Below, piece after piece: positions 28,001 to 37,808 of a stretch of DNA of 40,568 nucleotides; position 1 is the first letter of the stretch, and each line of letters opens with the position of its first letter. The position numbers and the translations under genes were made by a program. The notes beneath the pieces were generated by a model that saw nothing but the letters and a program-made list of their open reading frames with translations, searched no databases and was not told the origin of the DNA. Origin of the DNA: a virus. Its lineage: Duplodnaviria; Caudoviricetes. Location of the stretch: the IMG/VR virus record IMGVR_UViG_3300037507_001618, positions 1-40,568 of that record. One strand, written 5' to 3'.

Positions 28001-31000
28001 AGTAAACTGAACTGAACCTGCTGCTAATCTGGTTCCTGTTGGGAATTGTGTTGAACCAATACCAACCGCATAATTACTTAACCAAGCGTCTGTTCCAAGA
28101 CCAGCAAAAGTGCCTGCCTTAAACCACATAATTTTCTTGTATGTGGCAGGATTAGTTTCAATACCTGCAATGAATAATTGAACTAATGGACTGCCTTCTG
28201 TTGATGCGATAGCAACGCCACCATGATTGGCAGTATTATCGTTAGAAACATCATTACCAAATGCATCAGTTCTATAACCCAGGATAATATCAGGGTCAAA
28301 AACAGTTAATGTCGGAACATTAATAAATGCAGAGGTTCCGCCAATTGTAACGCTTCCTGTTACATTTAAGTTACGATTAACTTGAAGATCTCTTGTAACT
28401 GTTAAATCTTGTGGAACAACTAAATTATTTGGAAGACTTATTGTTGGTGTTGAACCCTCTCCAGTTCCAGAAGTAACAGTAATTTGGTTTGAAGTTCCAG
28501 AAATTGACTGAACATAATCACCAAAAGTATCTGTTCCAAGTCCAACTGAGTTTGGTTGAATGGTTGCTGCTAGTGATACATTACCAGTCCCATCAAAAGA
28601 AATAGCAGAAGCAACAACATCACCAGTAATTTCAAAAGTTCTTGGAGTTTGAAGTGCCGTTGCAACTCCTGCTGTGGTTGCATAAGTTGCTATGCCAGCT
28701 ACAGTTGCATAAGTCGCTATGCCAGTTACATTTGCATAGGTAGCTATGCCTGCTACATTAGCATAAGTAGCAATACCAGAACTTGTAGCATAAGTTGCAA
28801 TACCTGCCGATGTTGCATAAGTCGCTACACCAGCATTAGAAACATAATCCAAAAGTGTAATTGTGGCAATGCCATTTGCACCACTTGTTGCTTGAATTGA
28901 AAGATTTGGACTTACAAAATTAAGAGAAGAAATACTATTAGCAGTTCCTACAAGATTACCTTCATCATAAACAGTAATGCCCCCAAAAGCACCAGAAGCA
29001 GCACTTACATTTCCCCAAATTGGAACAGACCCATTAAACAGAAGAACCTGTCCAGATATACCATTCGTTACAAAAGTTGTTGTGTCAGGTGCTGACTGAT
29101 AAGGAACATTACCAGTAACACCACCCTTGAGATTTGTTGATATACCTGCAGAGTTTGCATAACCAGCAATTCCACTTTCAGTAACAGTAACAGTTGTAAT
29201 TCCATTTACTGCATTAGATGCAGATATTGTTAATCCACTAAAATTAAGTGTAGTAACAGAAGTTCCAACTATAGATCCTTCATCCTGAATTGCAATGCCT
29301 GCAACAGCTACAAGATTTTGAAGTTTAGAACCATCACCATAATAAGTGATAATACCAGAAGTTGCAGTAATAATACCTGATGATATTTGTATGGTGTCAA
29401 AAGTTGAAACACCAGAAACATTTAATTGAGTGACTGAAGCAATGCCACCTATGACTGATGTAGAAACACCAGCATTATCAGCATAAGTTGCAATACCTGA
29501 AGATGTAGCATAAGTTGCTATGCCAGCATTATCAGCATAAGTTGCAATACCTGAAGATGTAGCATAAGTTGCAATACCTGAAGATGTAGCATAAGTCGAT
29601 ATGCCAGCATTAGTAGCATAAGTTGCAATACCTGCTAATGTTGCATAAGTGGCAATACCAGCACTTGTTGCATAGGTTGCTACACCTGCTAATGTTGCAT
29701 AAGTTGCTATGCCAGCATTATCAGCATAAGTTGCAATACCTGAAGATGTAGCATAAGTCGCTATGCCTGCTACATTTGCATAAGTGGCAATACCAGCACT
29801 TGTTGCATAAGTTGCTATTCCACTTGAAGACGCATAAGTCGCTATGCCTGCTACGGTTGCATAAGTGCTTATACCAGCATTATCAGCATAAGTTGCTTTT
29901 CCAGCAAATGAAGCATAACTTGCTATACCTGCTACAGTTGCATAAGTCGCTATGCCAGCATTATCAGCATAAGTTGCTATGCCAGATACACTTGCGTAAG
30001 TAGCAACACCAGCAACATTGGCATAAGTGGCAACACCAGCAGATACAGCATAAGTAGCAACACCAGCAACATTGGCATAAGTGGCAACACCAGCAGATAC
30101 AGCATAAGTAGCGACACCAGCAACATTGGCATAAGTAGCGACACCAGCAACGTTTGCATAAGTCGCTATGCCAGCAGATACAGCATAAGTTGCCACACCA
30201 GCATTAGTGGCAGTCGCTGCATTACCACTAATATCAATATTATAAGTTCCAGTTAGTCTTGCAGTGTTGATTGTTCCTGTTGTAATATTAGCAGCATCAC
30301 TTAAATTAAAAGCGGTTGTTGCAAATGCTGCTGTTGAAGCAGTTCCTGTTAAGTTGCCTACAAAACCAGAGGATGCAGTTACAATACCCGAAGCATTAAT
30401 ATTTCTTACAACTGCTAAATCATTTTGAGTAAATTGAACATTACCAGCAGCAAGTCTTGTGCCATTCGGGAATTGAGTAGACCCAATACCAACTGCATAA
30501 TTAAACAACCAAGCATCTGTTCCAAGACCAGCAAATGTGCCTTCCTTGAACCACATAATTTTCTTGTACGTGGCAGGTGCTGTTTCAATACCAGCAATAA
30601 ACAGATCAACTAATGGAGTTCCTTCTGTCGATGCAACCGCAACACCACCGTGATTAGCAGTATTGTCATTGGAGACATCATTACCAAATGCATCTGTTCT
30701 ATATCCCAGAATAATATCTGGATCAGTAACAACTAATTCTTGAACATTAACAAATGCTGTTGTTCCACCAATTGTAATATTACCAGTTACATTTAAGTTA
30801 CGATTGACTTGAAGGTCTCTTGTAACTACTGCATCTTCGGGAATAACTAGATTATTTGGAAGACTTATTGTTGGTGTTGAACCCTCTCCAGTTCCTCCCG
30901 TGACTGTAATTTGATCTGAAGTTCCAGAAATTGACCGAACATAATCACCAAAAGTATCTGTGCCTAATCCTACACTATTTGGTTGAATAGTTGCTGCCAG

Positions 31001-31543
31001 TGATACATTACCCGTGCCATCAAAACTGACTGGTGAAGCAGCAATGTCACCAGTGATTTCGAAAGTTCTTGGTGTTTCTAGTTTTGTTGCAGTAGTTGCA
31101 GTGCCCGTTAAATTGCCTACAAAACCACCAGCAGAAGTTGTAACTCCTGCAACATAAGCATTGCTTTCAAAAGTAATATCAGTTCCAGCAAATCCAATAA
31201 CTTTAAAACCAGAGGCATTATTAACTTGACTTGCACCAATGGTTCCCTGAAATGCTACGTTTCCTGTTCCGTCATAAACATAAAACGCATTGGTTCCATT
31301 TGCCGACTGATAATAACCACTACTTGGACGGAAAGAAAGACCAGTTACAATACCTGAAGAATTAATACTTTGTGCAGTCAAACGAGTTACTGTTGTAACT
31401 CCAAGAGTGCTTATACCAGCATTTATTTGCCCATTAAAAGTTGTAGCAGTGACTACACCAGTAACTAATCCATCCCCAATAACGTGTAGAGCGGAGGTTG
31501 GATTTGTCGTCCCGATACCAGTATTAGCCTTTAAAAGTGCCAT
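25046..31543 (-). CDS. long tail fibre protein (2165 aa)
   Basis: GIGTT repeats, 9-aa tandem repeats, GYQAG beta-helix-like repeats, C-terminal KSFVIDHP...LEGPExGVYVRG domain. Late-type ATAAATA at 31564-31570. Confidence 0.85.
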   Translation of the reverse strand: MALLKANTGIGTTNPTSALHVIGDGLVTGVVTATTFNGQINAGISTLGVTTVTRLTAQSINSSGIVTGLSFRPSSGYYQSANGTNAFYVYDGTGNVAFQGTIGASQVNNASGFKVIGFAGTDITFESNAYVAGVTTSAGGFVGNLTGTATTATKLETPRTFEITGDIAASPVSFDGTGNVSLAATIQPNSVGLGTDTFGDYVRSISGTSDQITVTGGTGEGSTPTISLPNNLVIPEDAVVTRDLQVNRNLNVTGNITIGGTTAFVNVQELVVTDPDIILGYRTDAFGNDVSNDNTANHGGVAVASTEGTPLVDLFIAGIETAPATYKKIMWFKEGTFAGLGTDAWLFNYAVGIGSTQFPNGTRLAAGNVQFTQNDLAVVRNINASGIVTASSGFVGNLTGTASTAAFATTAFNLSDAANITTGTINTARLTGTYNIDISGNAATATNAGVATYAVSAGIATYANVAGVATYANVAGVATYAVSAGVATYANVAGVATYAVSAGVATYANVAGVATYASVSGIATYADNAGIATYATVAGIASYASFAGKATYADNAGISTYATVAGIATYASSSGIATYATSAGIATYANVAGIATYATSSGIATYADNAGIATYATLAGVATYATSAGIATYATLAGIATYATNAGISTYATSSGIATYATSSGIATYADNAGIATYATSSGIATYADNAGVSTSVIGGIASVTQLNVSGVSTFDTIQISSGIITATSGIITYYGDGSKLQNLVAVAGIAIQDEGSIVGTSVTTLNFSGLTISASNAVNGITTVTVTESGIAGYANSAGISTNLKGGVTGNVPYQSAPDTTTFVTNGISGQVLLFNGSVPIWGNVSAASGAFGGITVYDEGNLVGTANSISSLNFVSPNLSIQATSGANGIATITLLDYVSNAGVATYATSAGIATYATSSGIATYANVAGIATYANVTGIATYATVAGIATYATTAGVATALQTPRTFEITGDVVASAISFDGTGNVSLAATIQPNSVGLGTDTFGDYVQSISGTSNQITVTSGTGEGSTPTISLPNNLVVPQDLTVTRDLQVNRNLNVTGSVTIGGTSAFINVPTLTVFDPDIILGYRTDAFGNDVSNDNTANHGGVAIASTEGSPLVQLFIAGIETNPATYKKIMWFKAGTFAGLGTDAWLSNYAVGIGSTQFPTGTRLAAGSVQFTENDLAVVRNINASGILTAGIATLSQLWVSGVSTFVGVTTNTSTLFANQLSVSGVATFAGITTVTGTTLFARQLNVSGVSTIGNFRITPVGTGATVGGIGVTYYGDGSQLSNIVTGVSISTNTTNSNQFIPYAVSAGSTTGFGVTTLLVYNPSTDNLGIGTTNPLQTLHIQGNLLVAAGAATTQHITQKAYELQGGALSWEGSAGQLFSITNNLTSGSIFSVNDVSGIPSIDVNADGTVTLAPYADGNVGIATTLPTSRLHVVGNALIAGIATVTSNFIVNGNSLVVDATNNRIGIGTTNPIHSLQVGTANTLGISTDGQIFVITSTEDVGIGTTRPTSKLHVVGGALITGVSTVGNFRMTPVGTGATVGGIGVTYFGDGSQLTGIAATDNVRTNSLVVTGVSTLGITSISQLNVTGVSTFAGITTVTGPTLFARQLNVSGVITAVQFIGSASTASFATTAFNVIGSASTASFANTAFNVNGTANRVLYNSATNTTSTSSNLTFDGTTLGVGVTITANRYGITSGTILRSGNITGITTGTGDSFNHVYGTNSLLISNGGGGSFARSYQYNNVFGSNLGDNLLWSGGGLNQYWSYNNVIGHQSLRNFNFNSGSVSGGRVGYNNIIGFQIAGINTGGDTNFEYNNIIGYQAGYTLGGSTATGNNIFGYQAGYNLTSGSYNVFTGYLAGYSNATGSYNIGIGYSAGQAKLTGSNNIVIGYNRDVPTAGGNTQLVIGSNTDDWIVGNSSYNVGIGTNAPTSKLHVNGGIGATTLNVTGVSTFAGIATHTAGLFGTTASFTGIVTASSYRGDGSQLTGIAAGFSISTNTTNSNQYIPYATSFGSTTGFGATTLLVYNPSTTRLGIGTTSPQYNLHVIGDFAATSKSFVIDHPTKSGKKLRYASLEGPEQGVYVRGRSQETIIELPEYWTALVDENSITVNLTPIGHSAMPRVESINQNIVNVFSKEDGDLDYYYTIYAERKDIEKLVVEY
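27956..28648. repeat. ~690-nt intragenic duplication, copy B (copy A at ~30383-31075)
   Basis: Both encode TPRTFEITGD...VVRNINASGI with high DNA identity. Confidence 0.9.
28673..28834. repeat. coding 27-nt tandem repeat, 6 units
   Basis: (A/S/T)G(I/V)ATYAxx x6. Confidence 0.9.
29474..30202. repeat. coding 27-nt tandem repeat, 27 units
   Basis: (A/S)G(I/V)ATYAxx x27, with a recurring gcataagt core. Confidence 0.92.
30383..31075. repeat. ~690-nt intragenic duplication, copy A
   Basis: Matches 27956-28648. Confidence 0.9.
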
Positions 31544-31585
31544 TTTTGTCTTTTATATAAGGTTATTTATTCTGAACTACGAATG

Positions 31586-32440
31586 TCAATAACTAACGTT
31601 GTAACCAGTGTATATGGTCCAACTAGTTCCATTACTATTGCCAACAAATACATAACTTTGGTTTTGTGATAATGTATAAGTTGCATAAGCAGTTGTAGTA
31701 TTAGCAACGTTTGCAACACCTGCTAATCTAGAGTGATTGCCAACTAAAAGTTCCAAAACATTACTTCCTCCCATAACACTTGGATTGAATAATGTAATTT
31801 CAAGGACAATGTTTGGAGAACCAACAGTGCCAACAGTAGCAGCAGTTCCTTCATAACGAATTCTCTGATAATCAGTTCCAAAAGCAAATCTAGAAACTCT
31901 TTGATAAGAGTTGTCAGCAGCACCAAACATAAACTTTGGAAGTGCTGGATTGGAGGCACTCAATCCACTAAAAAGTGTAGATCCAGCACTGAATGTAATA
32001 TAAGTATTCGAACCCATATAGGTTGTTGTATACCCATTTCCTGCAATATAAAATGTAAATGGAAGACTGATTGTTAAGAAGCTATCATCAACAGAAGCAT
32101 TTTGAATACCAGTCCAACTTCCAGTAGGTGGATAAGTTCCACCACCTGTGCCATAGATAGGCAGTTTAGTGCCAGAAACAATACTATAAACAGTAGCAGA
32201 TGGAGTTACATTACTTACACCAGTCAATTCATCAAAGTAGTTGTAAACTCTCAAATCTTTATTGTTTATAATTCTCATTGGTGCATTGCTTGTCAATTCA
32301 GAAAAATCACCTTCCTTCATTGTATTAGAATAAAAAATTCCATATTGATCTACACTCACATTTCTACTTGGTGAAGAAAATTCATCAAATAGATTTGCAA
32401 ATAAAACACCATCCGATCTTAGTCTTCCTACAGTATCCAT
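31586..32440 (-). CDS. putative virion protein, hypothetical
   Basis: Intact ORF in the fibre cluster; beta-rich C-terminal domain (DDSFLTISLPFTFY...SNTYITF). Confidence 0.7.
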   Translation of the reverse strand: MDTVGRLRSDGVLFANLFDEFSSPSRNVSVDQYGIFYSNTMKEGDFSELTSNAPMRIINNKDLRVYNYFDELTGVSNVTPSATVYSIVSGTKLPIYGTGGGTYPPTGSWTGIQNASVDDSFLTISLPFTFYIAGNGYTTTYMGSNTYITFSAGSTLFSGLSASNPALPKFMFGAADNSYQRVSRFAFGTDYQRIRYEGTAATVGTVGSPNIVLEITLFNPSVMGGSNVLELLVGNHSRLAGVANVANTTTAYATYTLSQNQSYVFVGNSNGTSWTIYTGYNVSY

Positions 32441-33651
32441 TATATGAAAATAAAGTCTAGTGAATTGAGTGCGGCATTGTGTTGTATTTCAAATCTGTTC
32501 ACAGAAGATGCCGACTGTATTCCAATCGTGCCGACAACATCCAAATTTTCTCTTGGGTTTGTTATTCCTACTCCTATAGATCCTGAAACATAAGCACCAC
32601 CAGTCACCTGAAGTCTTTGTGATACGGTTCCTGTTGATGTTGCTGCACCAACAAATACAGGACCATTTGCAAAAGTAGAAATCCCAGCAACTTGTATCTG
32701 AGTAAATGTAGCAGCAGTTGATACAAGTGTTGGTATTGTACCGACACCACTCAGACTCAAATTTGTCCCAAAAACTGGTGCAGTATAAGTTGCAATTCCA
32801 TTGAATGTTGAGACACCAGAAACACTTAGTTGTCTTGTAAATAATGTAGTTCCAGTAACAGTGGTAATTCCAGCAAATGTAGAGAGACCAGATACGTTCA
32901 GTTGTTGTGATGTTAAATTAGTAGCACTGGTGACTCCTAATGTAGAAATACCAGTAACCTGAAGATTTTGAGTTGTAGTAAAACCCGTTACACCTAGGGT
33001 TCCTACTGTAACAATTCCAGTTACATTTGCATTTCTTGCAGTAAATTCATCAAAAACTAAGTCATCCTTTACATATAAATCTCCACCAACATATAAATCT
33101 CCACCAGTTGTTGTAATACCACCACTTGATGCAAGAGTTGTAATTCCAGATACTTCAAGACCTAGATTAATATCTACACTTCCACCAACGTCAACATATC
33201 CATTAAGTGTAGAAATTCCGGATACGTTAAGTCCACCACTACCAACATTAAGACCAGAACCAGTGCTATATGTTAAATTAGGACTATCTTGAAGAGATCC
33301 ACTTATTCCCGCAAGAACAACTCTACCTGACGTTAAATCGGATACAGTCGCAGATTCAAAAGTTGCTTCACCGGATACTCCTATTGAATTATCAAATTCA
33401 GAAAGTCCAGTAACTAGCAGTTGAGAAATTGTTGTTTGTGATAATGAAGTTGCGGCACCAACCGTCAGTGTGTCTCTTATATTAACAGAACCACGAACAT
33501 CTAAGTCTGTAATTGGATCAAAAATTGTCGAACCAATACCAACACGTCCTACCGCCTCTATGACTTTGCTATTTGTGCTGACACCAACAATACCTGCCTT
33601 TATATTGGCATTTCTTCCACTTAGAAATTTGGCGCTAAGAAACTGTTCCAT
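32440..33651 (-). CDS. tail fibre-like protein
   Basis: LxVSGxST repeats and GIG motifs; C-terminal LDFxF end shared with 20117..21355. Confidence 0.78.
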   Translation of the reverse strand: MEQFLSAKFLSGRNANIKAGIVGVSTNSKVIEAVGRVGIGSTIFDPITDLDVRGSVNIRDTLTVGAATSLSQTTISQLLVTGLSEFDNSIGVSGEATFESATVSDLTSGRVVLAGISGSLQDSPNLTYSTGSGLNVGSGGLNVSGISTLNGYVDVGGSVDINLGLEVSGITTLASSGGITTTGGDLYVGGDLYVKDDLVFDEFTARNANVTGIVTVGTLGVTGFTTTQNLQVTGISTLGVTSATNLTSQQLNVSGLSTFAGITTVTGTTLFTRQLSVSGVSTFNGIATYTAPVFGTNLSLSGVGTIPTLVSTAATFTQIQVAGISTFANGPVFVGAATSTGTVSQRLQVTGGAYVSGSIGVGITNPRENLDVVGTIGIQSASSVNRFEIQHNAALNSLDFIFI

Positions 33652-33660
33652 TTTAGAGTA

Positions 33661-34002
33661 TTAGTTAAGTGTTTCGAGAATACTTCCAATAAATTTTATG
33701 CCAGATGCTGTATCTGCAGAAAACACAAGCACATCTCTTTCTTCAAGAACAAGTTTTCCAGCAAGAAGATTAGCACTATCATTACCAGGAATTGCAAAGT
33801 CTTTTAGAATTTCTGTTGTTACAGCAATTCCAGAAGTTGTTCTCTGGTGGGAAAAAGAAATTGTATGTGGTGAAGAATCAACATTGGTTGCCTGAGCAAG
33901 TAGAACAACGCCACTATAACCAACTGGTGCCGTATAAATTCCTACTGGACTTGTTGTTGCTACCTTTGTGACTGTTTTAAATACATTAAGTGCGAGTGCC
34001 AT
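33661..34002 (-). CDS. conserved small structural/hypothetical protein
   Basis: IYTAP...GKLVLE...SILET pattern typical of genes next to myophage fibres. Confidence 0.75.
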   Translation of the reverse strand: MALALNVFKTVTKVATTSPVGIYTAPVGYSGVVLLAQATNVDSSPHTISFSHQRTTSGIAVTTEILKDFAIPGNDSANLLAGKLVLEERDVLVFSADTASGIKFIGSILETLN

Positions 34003-34019
34003 TGATCTATGTTCCTCCT

Positions 34020-35867
34020 TTAACTAAGTGCGAGAATAAATGGTGTCATCGTAGAGAACAAACTCTTCGAATAAAATCTTCCAGAAATTGTTCCGGTAAC
34101 TTGATTGATTTGAACTCCTTCACCAATTCTAAAATTACCAGACTGATCTGTACTGGTATAAACAACCAGACCACCATTTCTCATATCAACTTCATTATCT
34201 TGAATTGGAATACCACCTTGAGCAGGAAGGGCAGCATTAATATTTGTTCCAGATCCAATGTATTCAAAAGAGTGCCCAGATGCAAGAACACGACTTTGCT
34301 TAAAGAATGGAACAGTTGATCCAACACCTACTGCATAAGGAACGTTTTCACTTACAGTGATTGTGCAAATTCCTGCAGAAACAGGAGTTGAAGATAAAAC
34401 TGAATAGTAAGTTGGAAGAGATTGTAATGTTAATGTTGCTGAATTAGATCCAATGTCAGGTGCTGAAATTGTAATGTTTGGAGTTGTTGTATAACCTCTA
34501 CCACTGGAGACAATCTCAACAGAGGTTACTGATCCATTTGTAAGTTCTGCGACTGCTGTTGCTTGAACTCCCCAATCAGTCGAAGGAACATCAATTGTAA
34601 TTGTAGGAGTATTCGTATAACCAGTTCCACCAGCACTTACTTGAATCTTATTGACTGTATAATATAAGTCATCAAAATAAACGACCTGACCATCAAAAGG
34701 TCTTACAACATTAATCTTTGCTGTTCCACCAGAAACATAAGTATGAGGCAATGTTGAAGGACCAACATTGACTACTAGTTGATTTGCTGCAGGAACTGAT
34801 TGAACTTCAAAAACATAACCATAATTACCACTTGGATAGGTTACAATTCCTGGTCCAGATGGGCAAGTAAAACCAAGTCCAGCAATTGTAACTCCCATTC
34901 CAACTTGGAAATTATGATTCGCAGAAGTAGTAATTGTCGTAACACCACTTACATTATCATAAGTTGCGTTTGAGACATTATAAGTTGGAACGTTTAGGTC
35001 TAAAGTAAATACATCACTGTTTGCTGCTGCTGCAACTGTTACAATACCTGTATATTTTCTAGGTCCAATGCCATCGGCAACAAGACCATAATTACCAAAT
35101 GATGCGTTAGAGTTTGTAAGATCACAAGCAGCACCAGATCCGCAGAAGACGGCTGTGTCTGGGCAGATTGTAAAGAGTGAAACCAACTGAGCATAACCTT
35201 CGTTGGTAATTGAAACTCCAATACCACCTTGATTGTATTGTGTATAAGAGTCAAGAACCATTGACTTGGTTGGTCCTACTGAATATCGACCATCAATTTT
35301 CATTCCAATGCTGTTTGGAATGAAGTTGGTGCAGTTTTGAATGTAAGGTGATTGATTATTATAGACTGGTTTGTTAGGATTGAATGCGAAAATAGCACCT
35401 GTGTTTGCAGCACCTACAAATGACATTTCTGCAATGTAGTTTCCATTCCCAACATAAAATAGGTCTCCAGTATTTTGTGGAGTAACTGAGACTTCTCTTA
35501 AACTATCACCAACAATACTAACTTGATCTGGTAGTGCAATTGGATTGTTCTCTACATAAGATCCAGCACTAACTCTAATAACGGTGCCTGTTGAGGAGAT
35601 TGCAACTGCTCCTGCGATTGTTGCTTTGGCGTCTCCAAGTTTTCTTCCTGTGTTGGAGTCGTTTCCGTCTTTTGTGACATAGATGACATTTGTAACTGTT
35701 GCGCCTGCACCGATGCGAATAATGTCTGTGCCGATTCCAGGACGCTCTCTTTTTGCACTTAACTCACCATCATAAGTGTTGTAAGCTAATTCTGCACTGA
35801 GTAATTGATCTACTGTAGGTCTTTTACCAGGAACGGCAGACCTTTTTATCCGAATCGGAGTTGCCAT
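34020..35867 (-). CDS. tail fibre/spike protein with pectin-lyase-like beta-helix
   Basis: N-terminal IRIKRSAVPGKRP...ELAYNTYDG anchor; IYVTKDGND...TIxxA...GxYxE...IVGDSLR start of a beta-helix. Confidence 0.8.
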   Translation of the reverse strand: MATPIRIKRSAVPGKRPTVDQLLSAELAYNTYDGELSAKRERPGIGTDIIRIGAGATVTNVIYVTKDGNDSNTGRKLGDAKATIAGAVAISSTGTVIRVSAGSYVENNPIALPDQVSIVGDSLREVSVTPQNTGDLFYVGNGNYIAEMSFVGAANTGAIFAFNPNKPVYNNQSPYIQNCTNFIPNSIGMKIDGRYSVGPTKSMVLDSYTQYNQGGIGVSITNEGYAQLVSLFTICPDTAVFCGSGAACDLTNSNASFGNYGLVADGIGPRKYTGIVTVAAAANSDVFTLDLNVPTYNVSNATYDNVSGVTTITTSANHNFQVGMGVTIAGLGFTCPSGPGIVTYPSGNYGYVFEVQSVPAANQLVVNVGPSTLPHTYVSGGTAKINVVRPFDGQVVYFDDLYYTVNKIQVSAGGTGYTNTPTITIDVPSTDWGVQATAVAELTNGSVTSVEIVSSGRGYTTTPNITISAPDIGSNSATLTLQSLPTYYSVLSSTPVSAGICTITVSENVPYAVGVGSTVPFFKQSRVLASGHSFEYIGSGTNINAALPAQGGIPIQDNEVDMRNGGLVVYTSTDQSGNFRIGEGVQINQVTGTISGRFYSKSLFSTMTPFILALS

Positions 35868-35923
35868 TTATTGCATTCGGTATTTACCACAAAAACAGTA
35901 TTTACTGCCTTTCATTTATTTAT

Positions 35924-36295
35924 TCAACTCGCGTTATTGCGTCTTGGACGATATGCAAATAAGTTCGTTGGTGGATCTGGTTTCATCCACTCTTCTATTT
36001 TATTAAATTGCTCCTCACTATAAAAGTCTTGCTGAACATACCACAACTTCCAGTGCTCGTGTCCCTTTGACTGGTTACAATCGTGGCAGCAGCATACCAC
36101 ATTTTTAGTGAAGTCTGCTCCACCTTTTGATTGTGGAACAATGTGGTCGATTGTGAGATTCTCTTCTGATCCACAATAAGCACATTGATGATTCCATTGT
36201 TCTTTTATATGTTGCCTCCACATTCGTTTTGCCTCCCCAGAACTTGTTGCGTGTAACTGAAACAAGTATTCTTTTGGAGAGTGTAGAGGTCCCAT
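35924..36295 (-). CDS. HNH endonuclease
   Basis: CAYCG...LTIDHIVPQSKGG...NVVCCCHDCNQSKG. Confidence 0.92.
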   Translation of the reverse strand: MGPLHSPKEYLFQLHATSSGEAKRMWRQHIKEQWNHQCAYCGSEENLTIDHIVPQSKGGADFTKNVVCCCHDCNQSKGHEHWKLWYVQQDFYSEEQFNKIEEWMKPDPPTNLFAYRPRRNNAS

Positions 36296-36318
36296 AAGTT
36301 TCTGCGACTTATGATTAT

Positions 36319-37059
36319 TTAGATTCCAAACCTTCCTCTTGTCGCATTAAAGTTTTGTTGAATTTCGGATAATGTGAGTGCCCTGTTGTATACTCTAAAA
36401 GAAGAACAATTCATAGGCATTTCATATTCAAAACCATATCTCCAACCTGATATTCTTCCATTTCCACTATTAAAATTTCTATTTACGGCGTTCTCAGAAT
36501 TCTGTTGTTGTGATAGTGATTGAGAAATTGTGTTAATGTATATTTTATTATTGGTATAAGAAACATCACTTCTCATCTCAAATACATAATGCTTCCAATT
36601 ATTCACTAGTCCCAAACTTGATACTGTTGTAACTGAAATACCATAAACATCACCATTAGCAGTATTATACCCCAAAGCTCCAGCTGAGCAGTAAACATCA
36701 TATGTTTGCCAACCAAAAAACATTTTACTCGAATATGCAGCACCTAAATTAACCCACATTTCAACAGTAGTGGTTGTTCCTAAACTTGGTGCAAAAAAGT
36801 CAGCATAATCATTACTTCCATCAAAACTCAAAGACCCCCCATTACCATTATTATACCCAACACCATTCACAAGAGTTACATTATTCCCATTACCACTCAA
36901 ATCAGTCCAGGTGGTTCCAGAACCAGGATAAGAAGTAGAAGCACCAGCATCAAGATTTAATACAAGACCTGATTGAACAACAAAATTTCTAGCTGCATAA
37001 ATTCTTCCGGCATCACCAGATGAACCCCACCAAGTCGTTGGTCCAGAATATACTGACAC
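36319..37059 (-). CDS. single LamG-like domain protein
   Basis: Family signature; GTG start. Confidence 0.83.
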   Translation of the reverse strand: MSVYSGPTTWWGSSGDAGRIYAARNFVVQSGLVLNLDAGASTSYPGSGTTWTDLSGNGNNVTLVNGVGYNNGNGGSLSFDGSNDYADFFAPSLGTTTTVEMWVNLGAAYSSKMFFGWQTYDVYCSAGALGYNTANGDVYGISVTTVSSLGLVNNWKHYVFEMRSDVSYTNNKIYINTISQSLSQQQNSENAVNRNFNSGNGRISGWRYGFEYEMPMNCSSFRVYNRALTLSEIQQNFNATRGRFGI

Positions 37060-37082
37060 TTTACTCTCCCGTTTTTAGATAT

Positions 37083-37808
37083 TTAGATTCCAAACCTTCC
37101 TCTAAGTGCGTTGAAGTTTTGTGAGACTTCTGATGCTGTGAGTCCTTTGCCTCTGTAAACACGGAGGTTAGATATTTTACCATTATTTGAATATAACGTT
37201 CCACTTCCACCACCAAAGTAAGCACCTCCAATATATCCAGTAGAATTAGAGGGGGATGCTGTTGAAACATTTGATGTAAATGTTTTGTCTCCACCTACTT
37301 GTGTTGTATTTACAAAAAACTTAAGAGTTGAACCAGTCCTAACCAAAGCGCAATGTGTCCAAACTCCGGTAGAAGTTGTAAGTGAAGTAAAATCTACAGT
37401 TGATACGCCATTTCCACCTACACGAAGATATGATCCGCTACTCTCATATCTAATTCCAATACTTGCATTTGAACTGCTATTAGCACCATTAGCATTGGCA
37501 TGAATAATTGCAAAATATTGACTAACAAAAGATTCTATATATTGCCACCACTCAATCGTAAAATCACCAGTGCCAAACTCATAATCAGTGGAACTTGGTA
37601 TAGTTACATAATCATCAACCCCATCAAACACAATGCTCCCACCATTAGAACTACTATAAGTCGGTCCATTCGTGAGTGTTCCAGTATTACCACGACCACT
37701 TAAATCTCTCCAGGTAGTTCCAGAACCAACATAAGACTTTGTATTTCCAGCATCTAGGCAGAGAACTAAACCGTCAGTGACTATGCGTGGTGAATGTGAA
37801 AGTGCCAT
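37083..37808 (-). CDS. single LamG-like domain protein
   Basis: Family signature. Confidence 0.85.
   Translation of the reverse strand: MALSHSPRIVTDGLVLCLDAGNTKSYVGSGTTWRDLSGRGNTGTLTNGPTYSSSNGGSIVFDGVDDYVTIPSSTDYEFGTGDFTIEWWQYIESFVSQYFAIIHANANGANSSSNASIGIRYESSGSYLRVGGNGVSTVDFTSLTTSTGVWTHCALVRTGSTLKFFVNTTQVGGDKTFTSNVSTASPSNSTGYIGGAYFGGGSGTLYSNNGKISNLRVYRGKGLTASEVSQNFNALRGRFGI

Noticed and set aside
29474-30202. Regular short repeats as a CRISPR array
   Set aside because: 27-nt in-frame degenerate coding repeats with no unique spacers and no cas genes.
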